Part shown: one piece after another, positions 57,471 through 64,000 of the stretch
How positions within the stretch are numbered: the first letter of the stretch is position 1
Layout: each line of letters starts with the position of its first letter
Source: an uncultured Streptococcus sp.
GTDB taxonomy: Bacteria > Bacillota > Bacilli > Lactobacillales > Aerococcaceae
Reading direction: 5' to 3'
NCBI GenBank assembly: GCA_963523415.1
Contig: CAURBR010000006.1
Coordinates: 1,823-65,822, forward strand
Length of the DNA: 64,000 nucleotides
Made by a program: the position numbers and the translations under genes
The notes under the pieces: generated by a model
Databases searched by the model: none
Told to the model about the DNA's origin: nothing
What the model saw: only the letters and a program-made list of their open reading frames with translations

Positions 57471-57746
57471 TTAGATGTTCATATTGTCGATATATTGTTT
57501 GGCTTCTGATAAGCTCATTCCTGTGACATTCCGTAATTTGTTGATGGCGTTAATAGGTTGGCCATTGCGTTTCAATTCGCGTAAGCACTCTTCTAATTCC
57601 TCTGGGATATACACTTCTTCAACTAGTGTACTCTCTTGTGTTGATGAAGCTTGTTCCACCGCGCCACCTGCATTTAGTTTTGTGCGGAACACTAGAGCAA
57701 TCACCGCTACTAAAACAACAGCGATGATAACGATTAATAATTCCAT
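57471..57746 (-). CDS. Small membrane-anchored protein with ribosomal L7/L12 C-terminal-like domain
   Basis: N-terminal TM; PINAINKLRNVTGMSLSEAKQYID. Confidence 0.7.
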   Translation of the reverse strand: MELLIVIIAVVLVAVIALVFRTKLNAGGAVEQASSTQESTLVEEVYIPEELEECLRELKRNGQPINAINKLRNVTGMSLSEAKQYIDNMNI

Positions 57747-57755
57747 TGGTTTCTC

Positions 57756-58031
57756 CTATTTCATAAATTTGTAAACACTGCTTCTATGCACGAATTCAAA
57801 CACAATAATTCTTAATTGGTCATCTTCGATTTCTACAATTAATCTATAATTTCCAATTCTATATCTCTAATATTTTGATAAGGTTCCACTCAGAGATTTC
57901 TCTTTACTTCTTGGATCTTCACAGTCTATCAAATTTTTTTCAATCCATTTTTTTAAGATTACTTTTGTTCCTTTATCTAATTTTTTAATTTTCTTTTTGA
58001 GACGTTCATCATAAGAAAGCGTGTACCTCAT
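57756..58031 (-). pseudogene. relE: RelE/ParE-family toxin with premature stop
   Basis: Manual translation MRYTLSYDERLKKKIKKLDK...DPRSKEKSLSGTLSKY*RYRIGNYRLIVEIED...HRSSVYK; TAG at 57869-57867 replaces the conserved W; TAATG coupling to relB. Confidence 0.88.
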
Positions 58032-58249
58032 TATAAGTCTCCCCAGAATTCCTCATGGTCAACTAATTTAACTTCTCCATTAGCTTTATCACTTTCGTAC
58101 TCTTTAATAGCTTGTAAATCATACTCTTCTTCAATTTTCTCAGCTAATGCTTTCTTTAATAAGGTCGTTAACCCTTCACCAGTAAATTCTGCATAATTTT
58201 TAAAAAGGCGCTCTTCTTCTTTATTTAAACGTAATGAAATTGTACTCAT
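58031..58249 (-). CDS. relB: RelB-like (DUF6290) antitoxin
   Basis: MSTISLRLNKEEE..YA...EKIEEEYDL. Confidence 0.85.
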   Translation of the reverse strand: MSTISLRLNKEEERLFKNYAEFTGEGLTTLLKKALAEKIEEEYDLQAIKEYESDKANGEVKLVDHEEFWGDL

Positions 58250-58392
58250 TTTAACCCCCTCCTTATTTGTATATACATCGTACTACACAACTTTATTAAT
58301 TCAATTCAAATGTTAATTAAAATTAGATTATTATTTAAAAACCACTCAACTCCGATAACTCTAATAAGATATCGACTTTTTAAATAGACTAA

Positions 58393-59424
58393 TTATAATG
58401 TTCTTTGGCCGCAAAATTGGAGGATGAACCATTCTAATTGCATTTCTTTAATTCCTGCGCTTGTCTTCAAGGCGTACTCCGTATCAACTAATTGCTGGAA
58501 AGCTTGCTCTAATAACGGAATTCCAAATCGGCTACATTGGTTGAGAGCCAGTTGTACACGATACGGATGTACTGATAACAGTTTTTGGATTTCCGGTTGT
58601 TGATAGCCTCCTTGTTTTAAATAAGAAACTTGAAGTAACAAACGAAACTGTCCTAATAGAATGGCATTCATCTTCAATGGATCTTCTTTTTGTAATAACA
58701 TGTCATGATAGATTTGAAGGGCCTTAATACTATCTTTTTTGAGGACGGCTTCTCCTAAATCAAAAATATTTTGTTCCAATGTTTTCGCGACTAATGCCTC
58801 TACTGATTCTACTTGAATGACTTTCGAATCAGCAGCAGCAATCATTAATTTATCAAGCTCTTTCATACTTGTTGTAAGCGAATATTGCGTTTTAACTAGC
58901 AAGGAATTTAAGGCATTTTCTTGAATATCAAATTGACTATCCCTCAAAAAATCCTTGATATATTGTTTTACATCGCGTTCTGAAAGTTCACTTGCATCCA
59001 GAAGTACTGCCACTTTCTTCAACTGTTTTACAATTGTCTTACGTTGATCCAGCTTTTCATAAGGCGCAAAGAAAACCATTACTGAACTGTCCATCGGATG
59101 TTCTAAATACGCTTGTAGGCGTTCTAACTGATGGTCGACAGATTTCTTTTCTTTTTCTCCTGTCAAAAAGGTTGGATTATCAATCATAACCAGTCTACGG
59201 TCACCAAAAAATGGTACTGACTCTGCATCTTGGATAGCCGTTTGCACGGATACCTCCTCCATGTTGAATCGTCCCACGTTTAAATCTTGATCTTCAGGAG
59301 CAATAACGGTATCTAAAAATACTTTACGAGCAAGTTCTTGTAAGTAAGGTTCTTTTCCTTGAATAAGATAGATCAAACTGACATTTCCTTGTTTAATTCG
59401 ATTGAGTTGTTTCTCAAATTCCAT
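58393..59424 (-). CDS. holA: DNA polymerase III delta subunit
   Basis: YLIQGKEPYL, PFFGDRRLV, KLDQRK, VHPYRV; comEC-holA-rpsT synteny. Confidence 0.93.
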   Translation of the reverse strand: MEFEKQLNRIKQGNVSLIYLIQGKEPYLQELARKVFLDTVIAPEDQDLNVGRFNMEEVSVQTAIQDAESVPFFGDRRLVMIDNPTFLTGEKEKKSVDHQLERLQAYLEHPMDSSVMVFFAPYEKLDQRKTIVKQLKKVAVLLDASELSERDVKQYIKDFLRDSQFDIQENALNSLLVKTQYSLTTSMKELDKLMIAAADSKVIQVESVEALVAKTLEQNIFDLGEAVLKKDSIKALQIYHDMLLQKEDPLKMNAILLGQFRLLLQVSYLKQGGYQQPEIQKLLSVHPYRVQLALNQCSRFGIPLLEQAFQQLVDTEYALKTSAGIKEMQLEWFILQFCGQRTL

Positions 59425-59472
59425 TTTTTGCCCCCCTTATTATTTTAGTTTATCTTGAATTGCTCACTTTGT

Positions 59473-61803
59473 CTATTGTTTCAATAGTACCTTCCGATTG
59501 GATAACTCTGTAAGAATAAACATACCTCTTCTTTTGAATTGTACACGAATTTGACCATCTTGATCTGTACGAAATACAGTCGACTGAATCTTCAAAAGTC
59601 GTTGCAAGGTATCTGGCGAAGGATGCCCATACCGATTATTTTTCCCACAAGAAATGAGCGTCAAAGCCGGCTTTGCTTGCTGCAATAGAGCTTGCCCTGA
59701 AGATGTTTTACTTCCATGATGGCCTGCTTTTAAAATCGTAAAATGAAGCTTAGGATAACGACTAAGAACTTCCTCTTCTACATGAGTAGAAGCATCTCCC
59801 GTTAAAAGAACACTTTGTTTGGAAACCGTAACAAGCGCTAAAATTGAATCTTCATTTTCTGCGTTAGATTCATGTACAGGCGAGAGCACTTCCCACCTAG
59901 ACTCATTCCAATTCCAAGCATCACCTGCACTGACCAACTTCCATTTAATTTTCGGATAGCTTTTTTTGATTTTTTGCATTCGCTCTATCTTCTCCATCCC
60001 CTTTGCAATAATAATATTGCGAATCGAAAGATGCTTTGCAATAACTTCCAAATTTCCGACATGATCTTCATCACCATGAGACAACATCACCTGTGATAAT
60101 TCAGAAAGCCCTTCTGCCTCTAATGCTGGAACTACGGTTGTTTCTCCTTGAGATCGTTTCTTTCGATGTTGCCACTCATCCTTTTTCTGAAACGTAGGTA
60201 ATCCTCCTGTATCCACCAAGGTTGCCTGATTCCATCCAGGAAGAAGCCACAAAATCGAGTCTCCCTGTCCAACATCTACTAAAATCAGTTCTACTCCAAA
60301 GTGATAAGGAACTTCTACTAGCAAGCACAACAATACTCCGAAAAGAAGCACTCCCTTCTTCGCTGTCATCTTCCGTTTTTCAAAAATGAGACAAACGATC
60401 GCAATTAGCCCCCAGTAAGTCAACCATTCCCAAATATCCCAGATGCCGAGAATAAATTTTGTAAATGGAACCTGCTGGCAAAAAGATAATAGTATCGAAA
60501 GGCCATCCAGTAGGATACCCCCTATCGATGTCACAACACTGACTAAGAACGTCGCACCTGTAAAAACACCTATCAAGTAAGTGCCTAGCATTGGAAATAA
60601 TATAAAAGAAAATAGCCACGAGAATGCGATTGTTAATAAAATACTAAATAGATTCCAATAGAAAAAGTAACGACAGATGAATGGCAGTGCTACAAAACTA
60701 ACAACTGCTGGAACGCTTTGCCGCGCCAATCTGGAATCTGGGAGTACTCGTTTTTGCCATCTGGAAAAGAAGATAATCAAAGCTGTCAACAGGTAGCTCA
60801 GTTGAAAAGCAACATTGAATAAAAGTGCTGGATAGATAAGAATAGAAAGAACAGCCATCCACATCAGACACCAACCTTGAAGATTTTGAATCCTCCCCAT
60901 CCATTGTTTGGCAAGAATAGACAAAACTACCATTCCAATAGCCCTTGTCCCACTAATCGTCCACCCTATTACAATTCCATATAACATCACGAGAAAAAGA
61001 AGTACACAGCCAGTCTTTTCCCTGGTCAATCCCATCCTCCAGAGTATCTTTTCAATACAACTGACCATCAGAGAGATATGTAACCCTGAAATAGCCAGTA
61101 AATGTAAAATACCTAACTCTTTATACTGTTGCCATACCTCTTCATCAAAATCTTGACGATCAGCCAATAACAGTGCCTGTGTATATTGCTTCACTTTACT
61201 ATCTTTCTGCCCTCGAATGGTTTTAACAATCCACGTGCGTACGTTCTCAAAAAAGGCACGAAAGCTTTTTTTCTCTTGAACAGAGGTTTCTAACTTCTGA
61301 ATATGAAGTCCACTCTTAACTCCTAAACTTAAATAATAATGATACGCATCAAAATTTCCTTTATTACGATTTTTTTCGATTGTTTCAAACTGCCCTTGTA
61401 TGGCTACTTCTACAACATGTGAAAGTGACAGCCATCTCTCTTTTTCTTCCTTAGTATTTAATGTTGTACGAAAAAATACCTTTTCAGCCTTACCATGGAC
61501 TTTCAACTCTCCCGTTCCAGTCATCAAATCTCCGTTTACCTTCAGTTGATTGGGGCTTACTTCTAAGATACCTTCCACACTGTCTCCCTCTCGAAAGGAA
61601 GATTGATGGACTTCGTTGGTATATTGATATAACCGAAAGAATAAAAGAAGAGCTAACAACAACATTCCTACTCTTCTATATCCAGCCTTTTCATTCTTCC
61701 ATCCTATACCAAACCACAAAGCGCTCAATACGAAGAATGCAGGATGCCATTCAAATACAATAATGATAGCACTCCAAATTAGCGAGCAAAGATACCAACT
61801 CAT
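59473..61803 (-). CDS. comEC: Competence DNA uptake channel ComEC
   Basis: HLLAISGLH, FQLSY, DVGQGD, SHGDEDH, KAGHHGS. Confidence 0.95.
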   Translation of the reverse strand: MSWYLCSLIWSAIIIVFEWHPAFFVLSALWFGIGWKNEKAGYRRVGMLLLALLLFFRLYQYTNEVHQSSFREGDSVEGILEVSPNQLKVNGDLMTGTGELKVHGKAEKVFFRTTLNTKEEKERWLSLSHVVEVAIQGQFETIEKNRNKGNFDAYHYYLSLGVKSGLHIQKLETSVQEKKSFRAFFENVRTWIVKTIRGQKDSKVKQYTQALLLADRQDFDEEVWQQYKELGILHLLAISGLHISLMVSCIEKILWRMGLTREKTGCVLLFLVMLYGIVIGWTISGTRAIGMVVLSILAKQWMGRIQNLQGWCLMWMAVLSILIYPALLFNVAFQLSYLLTALIIFFSRWQKRVLPDSRLARQSVPAVVSFVALPFICRYFFYWNLFSILLTIAFSWLFSFILFPMLGTYLIGVFTGATFLVSVVTSIGGILLDGLSILLSFCQQVPFTKFILGIWDIWEWLTYWGLIAIVCLIFEKRKMTAKKGVLLFGVLLCLLVEVPYHFGVELILVDVGQGDSILWLLPGWNQATLVDTGGLPTFQKKDEWQHRKKRSQGETTVVPALEAEGLSELSQVMLSHGDEDHVGNLEVIAKHLSIRNIIIAKGMEKIERMQKIKKSYPKIKWKLVSAGDAWNWNESRWEVLSPVHESNAENEDSILALVTVSKQSVLLTGDASTHVEEEVLSRYPKLHFTILKAGHHGSKTSSGQALLQQAKPALTLISCGKNNRYGHPSPDTLQRLLKIQSTVFRTDQDGQIRVQFKRRGMFILTELSNRKVLLKQ

Positions 61804-62450
61804 TGTGTCACAACCCTCTCTTGGAAGGTTTCAAACATCTTTTTCCCAATTCCCCGAACCTTCATTAACTCCTCTTTGGATTTAAAACTTCCATTTTTCT
61901 TTCGGTACTCGATAATCGCTTCTGCTTTCTTTTGCCCTACACCCTTTAATGTCATGAGTTGTTCAACGGTAGCTGTATTGATATTCACCTTTGAATCTTT
62001 TGCCCCCTGATTTCCCGAAGTATCCTTTGCATTAGTGATTGTCACTTCTTGACCTTTTTCCTCTCCTATTTTTGGGATATTCACCACCATTTGATCTTCA
62101 AGCTTTTGCGCAAAGTTGATTTGCTTTTGGTCTGCTTCGTTTGTTAGTCCACCGGCTAATTGAATTGCGTCTTGAATCCGACTGTTTGGTGACACCTGGT
62201 ACACTCCCGGATGATTCACTGCACCTTTAACATCTACGTAGAGGATTACCGTTGTACTCACTTCTTGTGTAGATTCTGCCACTATCGCCTCTGTAGTAAT
62301 TTCTGCAGTCGCCCTTTCTTCCTCTATCTGAGAGTGCGCAACCCCCCACACTATGAAACTCATCAATCCAATCAACAGACAAGTGATCGCTATTTTCACA
62401 CGATTATCCACCAAATCCCACTTTTCTTTCCAAGCATCAAAAAAAGTCAT
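61800..62450 (-). CDS. comEA: Competence DNA receptor ComEA
   Basis: VDVKGAVNHPGVY (SLBB), VNINTA, HhH GVGQKKA; ATG 62450 fits the AAGGAG RBS. Confidence 0.93.
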   Translation of the reverse strand: MTFFDAWKEKWDLVDNRVKIAITCLLIGLMSFIVWGVAHSQIEEERATAEITTEAIVAESTQEVSTTVILYVDVKGAVNHPGVYQVSPNSRIQDAIQLAGGLTNEADQKQINFAQKLEDQMVVNIPKIGEEKGQEVTITNAKDTSGNQGAKDSKVNINTATVEQLMTLKGVGQKKAEAIIEYRKKNGSFKSKEELMKVRGIGKKMFETFQERVVTQ

Positions 62451-62508
62451 TTTATTCACTCCTTAAAAAGATTTCTCCATTTAAAGATATGAAAAAAATG
62501 ACTTCCTG

Positions 62509-63555
62509 TTATAAACTCTTAAGTATATCAATTGCATCTTGCAACGTTTTTACTGGATAAATTTTAATATTGGCTCCTATTTTTTCAGCAGCCTCTTTTA
62601 CTTCTTCATAATTGGATTTAATCGTAGGATCATAGGCTCTCATTTCATCCGTAATTTCGTCATCTGGAGCTAAGAAGATGGTAGCCCCCGCTTCTATCGC
62701 CGCTATAAGCTTCTTATCAATTCCTCCTATTCGTCCCACTTTACCATCTGGTTCTATCGTGCCAGTTCCCGCAATATTTTTTCCGTTTTTCAAATGGCTA
62801 TTGGTTAAAATATTGTAAAGTTCTAATGTAAACATTAGCCCACCAGATGGTCCACTAACCCCGTGCGAATCAAACTGAACTTCAGGTGTCGTTTGAACCT
62901 CTATGTCCAATTCACCTTGAAATCCTAGCTTTGCTTTATGAGTACGACTATCCATTTTCATTGTCCCCTCTAAAGCAACCGATTCTCCATCACGATTGAC
63001 CTCTAATGAAATCGTATCTCCAGGATTCAAGCTTCTTAAATACTCTTTAAAGTCTTCCAAGCTCTCTTTTGTATTTTCAACTCTTCTTCCGTTAATTGTT
63101 TCAATCAGATCTCCAATTTTTAAAGAATCCCGTAAATCAGAAGATGGGTCTACTTTCGTCACAAAAATTCCATTCACTTTCGTCTCTACAGATTTTCCCG
63201 CAGCTTCAAAGGCTACCTGAACGGCTGTAGAACGTGCATTTCTCATATTAAAATCCTGGAGTAAATTAAATTCTTCAGGAGTATAATCACCAAAGACTTG
63301 TTTTTCTGGAAAGAGCTCATGGTGAGGTAAGAATTGTTTCAGATAAGTAAGCACTGTAGCCTCTTCCACATACACTGTTAAGACTCGAAACTCCCCAGTA
63401 TCTTGTTGATCGACTCCATCTACAGTAATAAATTGGGAAACATCTTCTGCACTCCCAGGAGATTCGATTACATATGGGAGACGGATAAATGCCAAAGCAG
63501 TGATAATAAGCACCGCTATTGAGATAACAAGCCAAATTTTCTTAATTTTCGACAT
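62509..63555 (-). CDS. ylbL: YlbL/SepM-family PDZ-Lon protease
   Basis: LPYVIESPGSA, GPSGGLMFTL, AGTGTI, IGGIDKK. Confidence 0.88.
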   Translation of the reverse strand: MSKIKKIWLVISIAVLIITALAFIRLPYVIESPGSAEDVSQFITVDGVDQQDTGEFRVLTVYVEEATVLTYLKQFLPHHELFPEKQVFGDYTPEEFNLLQDFNMRNARSTAVQVAFEAAGKSVETKVNGIFVTKVDPSSDLRDSLKIGDLIETINGRRVENTKESLEDFKEYLRSLNPGDTISLEVNRDGESVALEGTMKMDSRTHKAKLGFQGELDIEVQTTPEVQFDSHGVSGPSGGLMFTLELYNILTNSHLKNGKNIAGTGTIEPDGKVGRIGGIDKKLIAAIEAGATIFLAPDDEITDEMRAYDPTIKSNYEEVKEAAEKIGANIKIYPVKTLQDAIDILKSL

Positions 63556-64000
63556 GCAGAATCTCCTCATTCATTTTGATTTCACGTTCTGGTGCGTCTT
63601 TATACTTCCATTGCAAGGCTGCCGCAACATTGTCCGGAACAAATGAACTCACATCTCCACCAAATCGTGCTAATTCCTTCATCATGGACGAACTTACAAA
63701 TCGGTATTCTTCCTTGCTGAGTAACAATACAGTTTCAACTTCTCCATTTTGAACACGGTTATGTGAAGCTAACGTTGCTTCATACTCGAAGTCTGTTGCA
63801 TTTCGGACTCCCCGAACCATCACACTAGCTCCTAATTGAGCTACTGCTTCTACCGTTAAGCCTCCGCTGACCGTTACAACACTAGCATTTTGAATCGGTT
63901 TTATGACTTCTTCAACCAATGATTTTCGTTCGTCTAAAGAAAATAAATATTTTTTCTGAACATTATGAGATAAAACGACAATGACTTCATCGAAGAGTTC
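63542..64000 (-). CDS. coaD: Phosphopantetheine adenylyltransferase (5' end outside window)
   Basis: VRGVRNATDFEYE, ETVLL, VSSSMMKELARFGGDVS. Confidence 0.93.
   Translation of the reverse strand, partial: ELFDEVIVVLSHNVQKKYLFSLDERKSLVEEVIKPIQNASVVTVSGGLTVEAVAQLGASVMVRGVRNATDFEYEATLASHNRVQNGEVETVLLLSKEEYRFVSSSMMKELARFGGDVSSFVPDNVAAALQWKYKDAPEREIKMNEEILHVEN

Noticed and set aside
62451..62508. ComX/cin box upstream of comEA
   Set aside because: No TACGAATA-like match could be supported

Overview
This is a 64 kb chromosomal window of a low-GC Lactobacillales Firmicute. Gene content and protein style suggest Granulicatella/Carnobacteriaceae (inference). Almost all genes are on the minus strand. 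The core backbone is alr-acpS-nrdGD, clpP, epuA-mbl, mreBCD, cspA, radC-folC-valS (T-box), lplA, cshA, murF-ddl, htpX-lemA, groESL (CIRCE), rex/ydiF, asd, uvrB, rpsT, holA-comEC-comEA-ylbL-coaD. There are three accessory blocks. (1) An AT-rich island between ydiK/groES and rex (about 31.4-37.9 kb). It carries a reverse-domain T7SS-type lipase toxin module, an array of DUF1310-like immunity cassettes delimited by an exact 42/101-bp repeat that contains the host ydiK stop codon, an orphan hicB and a GNAT pair. (2) A streptococcal-type lacRABCDFEG cassette. (3) A relBE pair with a nonsense-inactivated toxin. The most striking unannotated signal is a family of dispersed 220-330 bp rod-like inverted-repeat elements (4 full copies, 2 fragments). 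Their stems differ in sequence but covary around a conserved multi-hairpin core, which suggests selection on an RNA or ssDNA structure. A second hairpin-repeat family interrupts one copy.
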